Source: an uncultured Phycisphaerales bacterium
GTDB lineage: Bacteria; Planctomycetota; Phycisphaerae; Tepidisphaerales; Tepidisphaeraceae
Direction of reading: 5' to 3'
DNA length: 64,000 nt
NCBI GenBank assembly: GCA_963758525.1
Contig: CAVWVQ010000003.1
Coordinates: 3,456,001-3,520,000, forward strand
Part shown: positions 29,559 to 40,775 of the stretch, piece by piece
How the letters are laid out: the number at the start of each line of letters is the position of its first letter
Numbering within the stretch: position 1 is the stretch's first letter
Program-made: the position numbers and the translations under genes
Notes under the pieces: generated by a model
Seen by the model: the letters and a program-made list of their open reading frames with translations, nothing else
Database searches by the model: none
Told to the model about the DNA's origin: nothing

Positions 29559-30571
29559 GCGGCCTCCAAAAGCTTCTCCGCGAAACGGTTCGCGATATCG
29601 ATAAATTGCTGCTCGCACGCGAGGAACGTCTCAACGATGCGCGGATCGAAGTGGGTGCCGCTCTCTGCGAGGATGATCGACTTGGCCACTTCGTGCTGGA
29701 ACGCGGCCTTGTACACGCGCTTGGTGGTCAATGCATCGTATACGTCGGCCAGCGCGACGATTCTTCCGCTGAGCGGGATGTCGGTCGCCTTCAGTCCCTT
29801 TGGGTATCCGGTGCCGTCGAACCGCTCGTGATGGGTCGCGGCGATTTCGCGCGCCATTCTCAGGAACTTCGCTTCAGGATGCTGCTTGAGCGCGGCGTCG
29901 AGGGTCTCGGCGCCGAGCATCGCGTGTGATTTCATAATCGTGAACTCACGATCGCTCAGTCGGCCGGGCTTGAGAAGGACACAGTCGGGAATGGCGACCT
30001 TGCCGATATCGTGAAGCGGACTGGTTTCGTAGATCAGGCGGACAAATCCGTCATTGGCCTCCGCCGCGAATTCCGGCCGCCCCGACAGATGGTGCGCCAG
30101 CGCCCGGGAATAACAGCAGACGCGCTCCAGGTGCGCCCCGGTTTCCGGGTCGCGGGATTCGGCGAGCTTCGCCAGGGCGAAGATCGTCAGATCGCGCTGC
30201 TCGAGAGAAAGGATGCGCTCCCCGATGCGGATGCGAACGGCCAATTCCGCGGGATTGAAGGGCTTGGTCATGAAGTCGTCGGCGCCAGCGCCGAGTCCTT
30301 CAACGGTGTCGGCGGAGCTGTCCCGCGAGCTGAGCAAAATGAGATAGACGTACCCCGCCGAGTCGCGCGATCGCAGCGCCCGGCACAGCTCGACTCCGTT
30401 CATCTCCGGCATTTCCCAGTCGCAGATCAACAGGCGCACGGAACCGCTCTGGACAATCTCCAGCGCCTCCCGCCCGTTCTTGGCGCTGAGAACCTCGTGT
30501 CCGAGCTTCTGCAGCGAATGCCGCAGAAGCGCCAGGGCCATCGGATCGTCATCAACGATGAGAATTCGCAT
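29555..30571 (-). CDS. REC-HD-GYP c-di-GMP phosphodiesterase (RpfG-like)
   Basis: ICDWEMP, ETGAHLER, LHDIGK, HHERFDGTGYP, ADVYDAL. Confidence 0.92.
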   Translation of the reverse strand: MRILIVDDDPMALALLRHSLQKLGHEVLSAKNGREALEIVQSGSVRLLICDWEMPEMNGVELCRALRSRDSAGYVYLILLSSRDSSADTVEGLGAGADDFMTKPFNPAELAVRIRIGERILSLEQRDLTIFALAKLAESRDPETGAHLERVCCYSRALAHHLSGRPEFAAEANDGFVRLIYETSPLHDIGKVAIPDCVLLKPGRLSDREFTIMKSHAMLGAETLDAALKQHPEAKFLRMAREIAATHHERFDGTGYPKGLKATDIPLSGRIVALADVYDALTTKRVYKAAFQHEVAKSIILAESGTHFDPRIVETFLACEQQFIDIANRFAEKLLEAA

Positions 30572-30574
30572 CGG

Positions 30575-33500
30575 CTACTCCGAAGCTCCGTTTCCTTTTG
30601 ATCGCGACGCTTTCGAACCGCCGGCAGGTGTGCCGCCTTCCATATGCTCGCGAACAAATTCGACGCATCGCTGCATCTCGGCCTGCAGCAGCTCCATGGT
30701 TTGCTGAGCTTCGCTCAGCGTGGCGGCTCGACCCAGCTCCTCCAGCTTGGCCGCGTACGCGCTCATTCTCTGGGCGGAAAGATTCGCTGAAGACCCTTTC
30801 AGGCCGTGTGCCAGCCGGGAGACCCGTGCAGGATCCGCGGCGATGACACTCGCGCCCAGGTCGGCAATCTGACGCGGCGCCTGTTCCAGGAAGAGCGAGA
30901 GCATTTGAGACGCGAACTCCGCGTCGCCAAGACAGCGCTCCTGCAGCGAAGCAATGTCGATCGGAGGAGCAGAAGGGGCATCTGCCGAGACCGGCGCCAC
31001 TGCCGTCGCTTCCGGCGTCGCGTCGGCCTGCGGGCGCTGATTGAGAATCCGATCAATCGTGGCGATGAGCTGGCGCTGGTCGAGCGGCTTGGACAGATAG
31101 TCATCCATCCCGCATTCGAGGCAATGTTCGCGGTCACCTTTGATGGCGTTGGCGGTGAGGGCGACGATCGGAACTCTTCGATGCACCGCAGCCTCCGCTT
31201 CCCTCCGCCGAATTTCCATCGTGGCGGTGAAGCCGTCCATGATCGGCATCTGGCAGTCCATCAACACCAGCTCATAATGCGCGGACATCGCCGCTTCCAC
31301 GGCCTTGGCCCCGTCGCCCACCACATCACACTGAAATCCGGCCCGCCCCAGCAGCTCGCAAGCGACGAACTGGTTGATCTCGTTGTCCTCGGCGAGAAGG
31401 ATCCGCGCATCGGAAGTGGGGCGGGCGGTGCGTCCCGCGGCAGCAGCACGTGGTGCATCGAGCGTGTCGCCCGCGATTTGCCGCATCACAGTGTCCAGAA
31501 GCTGCGATTGCCGAAGCGGCTTGGTCACCTGATCGCCAAATCCGGCTTCGCGGGCGCGCTCGATCTCCACGGGTGTTTCGATGGAAGACAGGAGCACCAG
31601 AGCCGTATCGCGCAGCAGGATGTCGGCGCGCACCTCGCGAGCAAACGTTGCCGAGTTCGTCCCCGGCATGAGCATGTCGATCATCGCCAGACGGTACGGG
31701 TCGCCCGAGGCGGCGGCTTCACGAAGACGTTGCATCGCCTCCGCGCCGCCCGCAACTGCCGTGGCGCGCATGCCCCAGGCCGTCAGTTGCTCGCACAGCG
31801 CCTCGCGCGGCGCCTCCGTGTCGTCTGCCACCAGTGCCCGAACACCGCGAAGGTCCACCAGCAGTTGCGCGCCAGGCCCCGGATCCGATGCAGCCGGCTC
31901 CAGCGGCACCGTAAAGGAAAAAGTGGAGCCCTCGTTCGCCGCGCTCTGCACCGAGATGGTTCCGCCGAGCGCTTCGACGATCTGCTTGCTGATTGCCAGA
32001 CCCAGTCCCGTGCCGCCATATTTGCGGGTGGTGGATGCGTCAATCTGCGAGAACGGGAGAAAAAGCCGATCCATGCGATCCGGCGGGATTCCAACGCCGG
32101 TATCGCGGACGGAGAAGCGCACGCTTGCTTTTCCATTGGCAGCGTTTGCACTCTCGACACGAATGACCACCTCGCCGTGTTCGGTGAACTTGACGGCGTT
32201 GTTCGCAAGATTCACCAGCACCTGACGGATCCGCGAGGGATCTCCGCGAAGCCGGGCGGGAAGTTTCGGATCCACCCGGGACGAAAGCTCCACACCCTTT
32301 GCCGAAGCGCGCGTCGCGAGCATTTCCGCGACTTCCTCCACGATGTTGCGCAGGTCAAAGTCGATACTCTCCAATTCCAGTTTCCCGGACTCGATCTTCG
32401 AGAAGTCCAGAATCTGATTGATCACCACCAGCAGCGCATCGGCGGAGCTCTTGGCGATCTGGGCGTATCGCCGCTGATGAGGCGGGATGTCCGAATCGAG
32501 CAGCAGCTCGGTCATTCCGATCACCCCGTTGAGCGGGGTGCGAATCTCATGGCTCATCGCGGCAAGAAATTCGCTCTTGGCGCGATTGGCCGCCTCGGCA
32601 TCGAGTTTCGCATGGCGCAGTTGCTCCTGCGCCTCGCGCCGGTCAGTCACATCGGCCACCATGCCCTCGAAATACAGCAGCTTGCCGCTTTCGTCGGTCA
32701 CTGCGCGGGCCTCTTCCGAGATCCAACGGATTGCACCGTCCTTGCGGTAAATCTGCGATTCAAACTGTGAGACCTTGCCGGCATGAGTGATCAGCCGGAC
32801 GAAATCATCCCGCCGCATCGGATCGACATAGAGCTGATTGCAGATGTCCGTGACGCTCGCCCGCAGTTCCTCGGCCGACGCGTAACCGTAGATGTGCGCC
32901 AATGCCGCATTGCTGCTGAGGTAGTGCCCGTCGAGTGTTGTCTGAAAGATTCCGTGGACGGCATTTTCAAAAATGCTGCGGTATTTTTCCTCGGCCTCGC
33001 GGACGGCCCGCTCGGCGCGTTTGCGTTCGGTGATGTCGCTCTCGATCGCGATGAAGTTGGTGAGCGTGCCTGCGGGATCGTGAATGGGCTGGACGCTTGC
33101 CGCGAGCCAATATTTGCGCCGGTCTTTCGCGTAATTGACGATCTCGACCTGAAATCCCTCGCCGCGTCGAAGTTTTTCCCGCATCTGAAGAACGGTGGCC
33201 GGATCGGTGTCTGGTCCTTGGAGAATCGTTCCCGGCTTGCGTCCGCGCACTTCGTCGGGCGTGTAGCCGGTAATGCGGGTGAAGCCTTCGTTGACCCATT
33301 CGATCTTGCCGTCAACGTCAGTGATAATGACCGCGTTATCGCTGCGGCTGGCCACCAGCGCCAGCTTCTCGGCGTGTTTCGCGTCTGCCTCGGCTCGCTT
33401 GCGGTCGGTGATGTCGCGGATATACGCGACAAACACGGGCGGGCCTTTCAGTTGCACCACATTGAGGGCCAGTTCGACAGGGAACTCGCTTCCATCGGCC

Positions 33501-34147
33501 CGCACCGCGGGAACTTCAAGCCGCTTCCCGGTGACCAGCCCTCCCTCCCCGGCCAGATATCTCTGAACTCCGGTGGCATGAACCTCGCGCAGCGCTGGCA
33601 CGACAAGCACCTCGCCGAGATGTTTGCCGACAACGTCACTGCGGGCATAGCCGAATGCACGCTCGGCCGCTGGATTGAACTCGGTGATCCTCCCGTCATC
33701 AGCCATCATGATGATGCAGTCCAGCGACGACTCTCTCACCGCGTCCAGTTCGGCATTGCGGCGCTGCAACTCGGCGGTGCGATCGGCAACCCTTTGCTCC
33801 AGATTGCCGATTGCGTCCAGGCGTTTGCGCAGCGACTCGCGCAGGATTCGCGCGATCAAATGCAAGGCTCGTGTCGGGTGTCGCAGGTCGATCAGTTGGA
33901 GCCTTGTGTGGAGTTGACGGTGCGATTGCCCCTGGTCGGCGGCCATTTCCGCAACCGGTCGTGGCTTCTCCTCGGTCTGTACTCCCGAGGTTCGGCGCGA
34001 GCGGTTGTGCATAATGCACACGGTCACCGCGCCGACCAGCAGCGCCTGGACTCCGTGTTCGTTGGGATCGCACCAGCCGCCGACCAGCGCGGCAGACAAC
34101 ACGAGCGCCACTCCTGCGCACGGAATCAGATATACCGGCGAACGCAT
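30575..34147 (-). CDS. Hybrid sensor kinase: 3 PAS, HisKA, HATPase, 2 REC, Hpt
   Basis: [50 protein letters not shown]; start uncertain (34147 or 34168). Confidence 0.92.
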   Translation of the reverse strand: MRSPVYLIPCAGVALVLSAALVGGWCDPNEHGVQALLVGAVTVCIMHNRSRRTSGVQTEEKPRPVAEMAADQGQSHRQLHTRLQLIDLRHPTRALHLIARILRESLRKRLDAIGNLEQRVADRTAELQRRNAELDAVRESSLDCIIMMADDGRITEFNPAAERAFGYARSDVVGKHLGEVLVVPALREVHATGVQRYLAGEGGLVTGKRLEVPAVRADGSEFPVELALNVVQLKGPPVFVAYIRDITDRKRAEADAKHAEKLALVASRSDNAVIITDVDGKIEWVNEGFTRITGYTPDEVRGRKPGTILQGPDTDPATVLQMREKLRRGEGFQVEIVNYAKDRRKYWLAASVQPIHDPAGTLTNFIAIESDITERKRAERAVREAEEKYRSIFENAVHGIFQTTLDGHYLSSNAALAHIYGYASAEELRASVTDICNQLYVDPMRRDDFVRLITHAGKVSQFESQIYRKDGAIRWISEEARAVTDESGKLLYFEGMVADVTDRREAQEQLRHAKLDAEAANRAKSEFLAAMSHEIRTPLNGVIGMTELLLDSDIPPHQRRYAQIAKSSADALLVVINQILDFSKIESGKLELESIDFDLRNIVEEVAEMLATRASAKGVELSSRVDPKLPARLRGDPSRIRQVLVNLANNAVKFTEHGEVVIRVESANAANGKASVRFSVRDTGVGIPPDRMDRLFLPFSQIDASTTRKYGGTGLGLAISKQIVEALGGTISVQSAANEGSTFSFTVPLEPAASDPGPGAQLLVDLRGVRALVADDTEAPREALCEQLTAWGMRATAVAGGAEAMQRLREAAASGDPYRLAMIDMLMPGTNSATFAREVRADILLRDTALVLLSSIETPVEIERAREAGFGDQVTKPLRQSQLLDTVMRQIAGDTLDAPRAAAAGRTARPTSDARILLAEDNEINQFVACELLGRAGFQCDVVGDGAKAVEAAMSAHYELVLMDCQMPIMDGFTATMEIRRREAEAAVHRRVPIVALTANAIKGDREHCLECGMDDYLSKPLDQRQLIATIDRILNQRPQADATPEATAVAPVSADAPSAPPIDIASLQERCLGDAEFASQMLSLFLEQAPRQIADLGASVIAADPARVSRLAHGLKGSSANLSAQRMSAYAAKLEELGRAATLSEAQQTMELLQAEMQRCVEFVREHMEGGTPAGGSKASRSKGNGASE

Positions 34148-34276
34148 GAACTCCTCACGAGCAGGCACCTTGGGCGCAGCCCAAACACGATCGGTGAAAC
34201 GGCATCCTCGTAAGATGTATCGGGGGGATCGGCGGCGCTATTTATGTGGCCGGCGTTATTTATGCCGGCAGCAGGC

Positions 34277-35560
34277 TCAGCCGCGCTCGGGCGCCACGAG
34301 GTCTTCGTAGGTTTCGCGCCGGCGGATGATCCGATAAGAATCGCCTGCGACAAGCACTTCGGGGGCTCGGGGGCGGTTGTTGTAGTTGCTGCTCATCGAA
34401 AAGCCGTAAGCGCCGGCGGTGAATACCGCCAGTAAATCCCCGCGCTGCGTGCGGGGAAGCGGCCGATTCCTCGCGAGAAAATCGCCGCTTTCGCAGATGG
34501 GTCCGACAATGTCAACGATCTCACCATGCCTCGGCGCGACATCCTTGCTGCGACGATCCAGCACGTTTCCCTCGTCCGGTTTTACCGGCCAGATGAAGTG
34601 GTAAGCATCGTAGAGCATCGGCCGAATCAGGTCGTTCATCCCCGCGTCTACGATCACAAAGTGCTTCTCGCCGCTGCTTTTGCGATAGAGAACGCGCGTG
34701 AGAACAATGCCCGCGTTGCCGGCAATGTAGCGCCCGGGCTCCAGCGCAATACGGTACGGCTTGCCGGAAAGCAGGGGCAAGAGGGCTTTGGCGTGCTCCG
34801 TGATCGGCAGTGCCTGTTCGGGCCGCTCGTAGTCGACGCCAAATCCGCCCCCCAGATCGAGCCACTCGATCTTGTGGCCCCGTTCGGCGAGGCGATCGAT
34901 CAGCGCCGTTACCTTCTCCACCGCATCGACGTAAGGCTGAATTTCATAAACGGGCGAGCCGATGTGAATGTGCAAGCCGCCGATTCTCAAATTTTTCAGT
35001 GAACGATACTGCTCGAATACGCGCTCGGCCCGCTCGATGTCCACACCGAACTTCGTCTCTTTCTTTCCTGTCGTCGTATGACGATGCGTCTTTGGATCGA
35101 CATCGGGGTTGATGCGCAGTGCGCCGATCGCCGTTTTTCCAGCCAGGCCGGCGACCCGATCGATGTTCTCGATTTCCGCTTCGCTTTCGATATTGAACGC
35201 GGCAATCCCCGCGTCGAGCGCTTCGCGAATCTCCTCGTCGGTCTTGCCCACGCCGGCATAGATGATTTTTTTCGGATCACCGCCGGCCTGGAGCCGCCGG
35301 AAGAGTTCTCCGCCGCTGGTCACGTCAAATCCGCAGCCTTCATTAGCGAGCAGCTTGCAGATGTTGAGGTTGCCGCAACTCTTGATCGAGTAGCAGACGG
35401 TCGCGTTGACCGGTGCGAAGGCCTTGGCGATCTGCCGATAATGGTGCAGCAACGTGGCTGAGGAGTAGACGTACGCTGGCGTTCCCACTTCGCGGGCAAT
35501 TTGTTCGGCCGAGACATCTTCGCAATAGAGCTCGCCGTTGCGATAAGCAAAAAAGTCCAT
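34277..35560 (-). CDS. lysA: Diaminopimelate decarboxylase
   Basis: YSIKS, HIHIGS, LGGGFG, EPGRYI, GPICESGD, GAYGFSMSSNYN. Confidence 0.95.
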   Translation of the reverse strand: MDFFAYRNGELYCEDVSAEQIAREVGTPAYVYSSATLLHHYRQIAKAFAPVNATVCYSIKSCGNLNICKLLANEGCGFDVTSGGELFRRLQAGGDPKKIIYAGVGKTDEEIREALDAGIAAFNIESEAEIENIDRVAGLAGKTAIGALRINPDVDPKTHRHTTTGKKETKFGVDIERAERVFEQYRSLKNLRIGGLHIHIGSPVYEIQPYVDAVEKVTALIDRLAERGHKIEWLDLGGGFGVDYERPEQALPITEHAKALLPLLSGKPYRIALEPGRYIAGNAGIVLTRVLYRKSSGEKHFVIVDAGMNDLIRPMLYDAYHFIWPVKPDEGNVLDRRSKDVAPRHGEIVDIVGPICESGDFLARNRPLPRTQRGDLLAVFTAGAYGFSMSSNYNNRPRAPEVLVAGDSYRIIRRRETYEDLVAPERG

Positions 35561-35575
35561 GGTTTGTCCGTGCGG

Positions 35576-36418
35576 TCAATCAGTGATCATCGGGCGCAGA
35601 TGCTCGAATGCACGCTGCGCCACGCCGGCGGCGGTTGTTTCGTAAGGATACAGCTCCACCGTCGTCCATCCCGTATAACCGACATCTTCAATTGCCGCAA
35701 AAACCGCGGGAAAATCGATCACGCCGCGGCCGGGGGTCAGATGCTGATGGACGCGGTTCTTCCCGATGTCTTCCAAGTGAATGTGCGCGATGTGTTCGGG
35801 CAGCGATCGAATGATCGTCGCCGGATCGTCTTCGACACAGAAGAGATGTCCGATATCGCAATTCATGCGAACCATCGGCTCATCTGGAAAAAAGCGATTC
35901 TTGAATTCGAGGTATTCGGCGGCGGTTTCGATGAACAGCCCTGGCTCCGGCTCGACCGCGAGAATAACGTTGTGCTGCCGCGCCGCGGGCACGACGCGCG
36001 ACAGCCCTTCTGCGAATCGCTCGCCCGCCTCATCGCGTGAGAGCGTCGTCCCGATCAGCGGTCCGCCTGGCTGAAGGCTGACTGTTGCCGCCCCCAGGGC
36101 CGCCGCGAGCTCGATAGCGCCGATGGTATGTTGCACACGCGTCTCGCGGAGCTTCGCGTCATCCTCAATCCAGGTCGGGTGATAGGTGTCGCCGCAGGCA
36201 AACAGCGTGAATGCGTTCACATTGCTCGCCTGCATGCCAGCGGTTTCGATCTGCTGGCGCACCGTGCGGCGTTCGACCGCGTTCAGGTTTGCGGGCAATG
36301 CATGCGGGATATCCGCCATCACTTCAACGCCGCGGTATCCGATGGTTGCAACGGAGTTGATCGCCTCTTCGAGCGTGTTCTTTTTGAAGGCGTTGCTGGA
36401 GAAGGCAAGGCGGATCAT
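35576..36418 (-). CDS. Sugar phosphate isomerase/epimerase (xylose isomerase-like TIM barrel)
   Basis: AVEPEPG, CDIGH, HIHLED, HQHLTPGRGVIDF, TVELY. Confidence 0.85.
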   Translation of the reverse strand: MIRLAFSSNAFKKNTLEEAINSVATIGYRGVEVMADIPHALPANLNAVERRTVRQQIETAGMQASNVNAFTLFACGDTYHPTWIEDDAKLRETRVQHTIGAIELAAALGAATVSLQPGGPLIGTTLSRDEAGERFAEGLSRVVPAARQHNVILAVEPEPGLFIETAAEYLEFKNRFFPDEPMVRMNCDIGHLFCVEDDPATIIRSLPEHIAHIHLEDIGKNRVHQHLTPGRGVIDFPAVFAAIEDVGYTGWTTVELYPYETTAAGVAQRAFEHLRPMITD

Positions 36419-36566
36419 GCAAGGATTTTAGCGCGGCCGGAGAGGAACGCCAATGACGGGCCGCCCGAGTGCCCGGCGGGCGCGAAAGTCGGGGACAGCG
36501 TAATCCGCGACGATATCGGCTGCCTCCCCCTCGCCTGATACTGCTCCCGCGCCCGATGCCCTTGCC

Positions 36567-38002
36567 TCAATTCCCCTCAAAAGTGAGCCCAATCCTGAGC
36601 GGCAACATGTAGAGACTCTCCGGCGATTCGGTGAATGTGCCGGTGGCACTGATCGACCTTTCGTTTCTCTGCAACTTCACCGTCCCAAGGAAATCGATTG
36701 CCGGTTGGAGCGACGGCTGTGCCGGCAGGGCGGCTTTGAGAAGCGCCTCGCCCTCTGCGAGGAATCGGTTCAACTGCTGCAATGCCGCCGCCGCGGTCTG
36801 CACGTCCGGCGACTCGCCGCGCGCGGTCAAATTCAATGCGCCGTTGTTTTGATCCCCAACCAATGTGACCGTGTCAAACCCATCGAGCCCGGGAAGCTGG
36901 CGATACGCATCGGAAACCTGCACGGCGATCCACAGCGCGTGAGCCGCGTTGCTGGCGGAGGGCAGCATCTGCCGCACCATCGCCGCCATCTTCGGGGATC
37001 TCTTCAGCGGCGGCTCGCGCGTCTTCGCTGCGGCGATCATTTCCTGCACGGGAGCGTGCTCTCCACCGGGCGAAAACATGACGATGCATTCTCGATCCGA
37101 CGGAAAGAAGATCGTTGTTTCCTTGTCCGGCTCGAAAATTTCAACCCCGTCGACTGTGTGCAGAGCCGCTCCGTGTTCGCGAAGCGCCCGCGCCGCGTTC
37201 GCGGAATCAAATTGGCCGGAGGAAGTGATCGTCAGACATCCGTGATTCGGGTCGATGTTCTCCGACAGGCCGATGTTCAATGTGTCCAGCCGCATGTCGC
37301 CCAATTGCTCGGCAACATTGAGTGCTGTTCGACTCAAGCCCGCGACGAAGCGGGCGCTGTCCTGTCCGGCCCGCATGTGAAGGTGCGCGGCCACCTGACC
37401 CGCGTCGACCGGCCCGCTGTGGCGAGGAAGCAGTTGCGCGACCGCGCGGCAATCGGAAGGCAGCATCCACACTTCGTTTACGGCCTCTGCCCGCAAGTCG
37501 CGATTGGTCTGCTGTCCGTCGATTCCGGCGATTGCCGACCGCGCATAGTCAGAGACAAACATCTCGACCGACGAGAGTTGGGTTTGCAGAAACGGACGAG
37601 CCTTTGGGTCCCTCAATTCTCCAAGCGCTCGCAGCGCCATCAGCCGTCGCACGGCCGCGGCCGTTCGTTGCGGCTGCAGCAGTTTGATCAGCCTGGAGGA
37701 GCGTTCCGCTATTTCCGGATCAGCGCCGTCGGCGGCCTCGCGAAGCTGCGGAAGCGCCGGCACCCCAATCCGTAAAATCTGCTCCGACGCCGCATCACGA
37801 ACATGCGGATCAGCAGCCCCCAGATCGGCGATGACCTTCGCAAAATCCTGCGCCGCGCCGGTCCGGCTTCGTGCAGCATCGCATCGGTCGTTACAACAAT
37901 GCCGCGATCGTTCCAATAGCCCTGAGTCGGCACATAATCGAGGAGGTCGCCGCTGCCACCGCCGACGATAAAACTGAGCAGGACAAGGAAGCTGGGATTC
38001 AT
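36567..38002 (-). CDS. Exported hypothetical protein with a HEAT-like segment, frameshift near 37860
   Basis: Signal-like MNPSFLVLLSFIVGG in one frame; IADLGAADPHVRDAASEQILRIG..LMALRALGELRD in another. Confidence 0.65.
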
Positions 38003-38153
38003 ATTAGAAAAGATACCGCGCGGCCAATCCGCTCGCATTGGGCCGGTGCGCGACCGTTGCTGCGTCCTAACCCCCTCTCCCGGAGTACCGGAGTACCGGG
38101 AGAGGGTGCAACGGCGGCAAATCACAACGATCGAGGATCACATCCAAACGGTA

Positions 38154-38296
38154 GGGTGTAACTTTTATTTGTGGCGATTGCAGATTTTGCGATCGTAGGG
38201 CCGGATTCATCCCGCCGTTTTCTCAGCCGGCCAACAAATCGGCGGGATGAATCCCGCCCTACTCGGAGCCGATCGCCACTTTCGAGCGCCACACCC
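38154..38296 (-). mobile_element. 143-bp MITE, copy 3 (inverted)
   Basis: Reverse complement of 700-842; TSD AAACGGTA at 38146-38153 and 38297-38304. Confidence 0.9.
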
Positions 38297-38360
38297 AAAC
38301 GGTACGGCTCGATGAAACGGCGTTGAAGGACGCCAGCCACTCCGCTACAACCCGCCTTGG

Positions 38361-39464
38361 ATGAGCGGACTCAGTTACGAGAATAGCGGCGTGAACTACG
38401 ACCGGCTCGACGCTTTCAAGCGAGCCTGTCAGCGAGCGGCGGCGCCGACGGCCGATGCTCTGGCAGCACACCGCCTTTCGGAGCCGGCCGGGATTCGGGG
38501 GGAAAGCGCCTACCTGCTGGAAAGTCCCGAGGAATATCTTGCCCATGTCGAAGAGGGACTGGGAACGAAAAACTTGATTGCCGACGCAATGGCGAAGCTG
38601 ACTGGCAAGACGTGGTACCGGTCGATCGGAATCGACACGGTGGCCACGATCGTCAACGACCTGGCGACGACGGGCGCGCTGCCGGTCAGCGTGGCGATGC
38701 ACGCGGCGGTGGGGGACGCGGAGTGGTTTGCCGACGCGGCGCGGGCCGAGGCGCTGGCGGACGGCTTTGCCTCCGCTTGTCGCGCCGCCGGGGCGGTGTG
38801 GGGCGGCGGCGAAACCCCGACGCTGCGGGGAATCGTCGCGCCCGAGGCGATCGTGCTCGCGGGCTCGGCAGTCGGACGAATTCGGCCCAAGCACCTTCGC
38901 ATCGTCGGCGATGTGCACGCGGGAGACGCCATCATCATGGTCGCAAGCTCCGGCGTGCAGACCAACGGGCTGACGCTCTGCCGAACGCTGGCGGATCGAC
39001 TTCCCGACGGCTACCTCACGACCATGCGCGATGGACGCTTGTACGGCGAAGCCTTGCTCGATCCGTCGGTGATCTACGTGAAGCTGATCGCGGAATTGCA
39101 GAAGGCGCGTATTCGACCGCACTACGCCGTCCACGTTACGGGCCACGGATGGCGCAAGCTCATGCGTCTCGACGAGCCGTTTGTTTACCGGATCGAGACG
39201 TTGCGCGCTCCGCATCCGGTTTTTGAGTTCATCGCAGAACACGGCCCGGTGGAACAGCGGGAGGCATATGCCACATTCAACATGGGCGTCGGTTTTGCGC
39301 TGTATCTTGCCCCGGCCGACGTGAGTCGCTGCCTGGAAATCGCAGCCCAGTCCGGATATGACGCGTGGGAAGCGGGGGCGGTTTGCAGGGAGGACAAGCG
39401 GAAGGCTGTGGAGATTCAGCCGCTCGGAATTACCTTCGAAGGTGAGACACTCCAGGTGCGGTAA
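38361..39464 (+). CDS. purM: Phosphoribosylaminoimidazole (AIR) synthetase, divergent type
   Basis: LSYENSGVN, EGLGTK, VNDL, GGETP, SSGVQTNG, HVTGHG, TFNMGVG. Confidence 0.88.
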   Translation: MSGLSYENSGVNYDRLDAFKRACQRAAAPTADALAAHRLSEPAGIRGESAYLLESPEEYLAHVEEGLGTKNLIADAMAKLTGKTWYRSIGIDTVATIVNDLATTGALPVSVAMHAAVGDAEWFADAARAEALADGFASACRAAGAVWGGGETPTLRGIVAPEAIVLAGSAVGRIRPKHLRIVGDVHAGDAIIMVASSGVQTNGLTLCRTLADRLPDGYLTTMRDGRLYGEALLDPSVIYVKLIAELQKARIRPHYAVHVTGHGWRKLMRLDEPFVYRIETLRAPHPVFEFIAEHGPVEQREAYATFNMGVGFALYLAPADVSRCLEIAAQSGYDAWEAGAVCREDKRKAVEIQPLGITFEGETLQVR

Positions 39465-39512
39465 GACACGCTTGTAAGATTCCGCAGCGAAATACGGCGT
39501 CGTTCGTTTACA

Positions 39513-39914
39513 ATGCAGCCGAACCTTCCAGGTTCGGAGCAGCATGTAATGCCGACAGAATTTATTGCAGTAAAGGCCGCGGGTGCGATCAACGTCGTAG
39601 AGCTGGCGTTGCCGGTAGCAATGGACGCCGAGGAATTTGATCGTCTGAACGCAGCCGTGTCACGGCTGCTGATCGATCCCGGCGGTAACCTTTGGGTGCT
39701 CGATCTTTCTCACGTCTCCTATTTGGGCAGCACTGCGCTGGGACTGATGGTCAACCTGCGGCAGCAAATCAAGACGGCGGGGGGGCGATTGGTCCTCTGC
39801 GGACTTTCGCAGCGGCTGGTGCAGATTTTCCACACGTGTTGTCTTGAGCGGCTGTTCACGATCGTCAAGACACAGGAGGACGCACTGCGCGAACTTAAAC
39901 ACGCGAGAAGTTGA
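39513..39914 (+). CDS. STAS-domain anti-sigma factor antagonist
   Basis: VLDLSHVSYLGSTALG, GGRLVLCGL; start may be 39549. Confidence 0.85.
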   Translation: MQPNLPGSEQHVMPTEFIAVKAAGAINVVELALPVAMDAEEFDRLNAAVSRLLIDPGGNLWVLDLSHVSYLGSTALGLMVNLRQQIKTAGGRLVLCGLSQRLVQIFHTCCLERLFTIVKTQEDALRELKHARS

Positions 39915-39963
39915 TCGTGGTGCGGCAATGGTCCATCGCGGGATGGCCGGGTCGAGATGACCG

Positions 39964-40764
39964 TCAAACGTGCGCGCGGATGATGGCGGCCATGCGCCCC
40001 GTGCGGCCGTGTTCCCGGCGATGCGAGAAGAACTCGTCGGCATCGTGGTACGTGCAGCGATCGCTCGTGTCCATGCGATCGGCGGTAATCCCGGCAGCCG
40101 CAAGCTGCAGTCGAATGGCCTGGCGAAGATCGACGAATCCCTTTCCCCCGCCGGCGGCGCGAATCGGAGCGTCGTTGCCAAAACAACGGCCAAATTCCGC
40201 AAGCACTTCCGGTCCGACTTCAAACGCATCAAACCCGATGCAAGGCCCGATCGCCGCGAACACCTCGTCGGCCGAACGATCGGGCTCCAGCAACTCGCGT
40301 AACGCGGCGGGCACTACGCCGCCAACCACGCCGCGCCATCCGGCGTGAACCGCGGCCACCGTCTTCCCGTCGCGCAGGGCCAGCAACACCGGAACGCAAT
40401 CCGCAACCCGCACCGACGCGATGCGGTTCGGATCATCGCTGACAATGGCGTCGGCCTTTGAGGAGTTCTCGAAATGCTCGCCTCGCGCAGCCCGAAGCAC
40501 GCGCGCCCCATGCACCTGATGCACGCGCATCAGCTCCAGCGATCCGCATCCCGACGCGGCGGCCAACAAGCGGTAGTTTTCCCAGATCCGCTCGTAATCA
40601 TCGGCAACGTCGCAGCCGCTCGGATTGCCGAGATTCAGGGAATCAAACGGCGCCGGGCTGAGCCCGCCGAGGCGGGTGCTGAAGGCGTGAGGAATCTCCG
40701 CGGATTCGAGCAAAGGGGAAGCATAATAGACCACTCCGTTGGCAGCCGAGCGGCGCTCGAGCAT
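39964..40764 (-). CDS. pgeF: YfiH/PgeF family protein
   Basis: FSTRLGG, QVHG, VADCVPVLL, HAGWRG, IGPCIG, FFSHRR. Confidence 0.9.
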   Translation of the reverse strand: MLERRSAANGVVYYASPLLESAEIPHAFSTRLGGLSPAPFDSLNLGNPSGCDVADDYERIWENYRLLAAASGCGSLELMRVHQVHGARVLRAARGEHFENSSKADAIVSDDPNRIASVRVADCVPVLLALRDGKTVAAVHAGWRGVVGGVVPAALRELLEPDRSADEVFAAIGPCIGFDAFEVGPEVLAEFGRCFGNDAPIRAAGGGKGFVDLRQAIRLQLAAAGITADRMDTSDRCTYHDADEFFSHRREHGRTGRMAAIIRAHV

Positions 40765-40775
40765 TTTGCACTCCG

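Noticed and set aside
22963..38106. CCCTC(T)CCC...GGG(A)GAGGG hairpins at ~22963-23001 and ~38070-38106 near MITE copies
   Set aside because: They lie outside the TSD-defined boundaries and are absent at copy 1; they look like generic intergenic hairpins.
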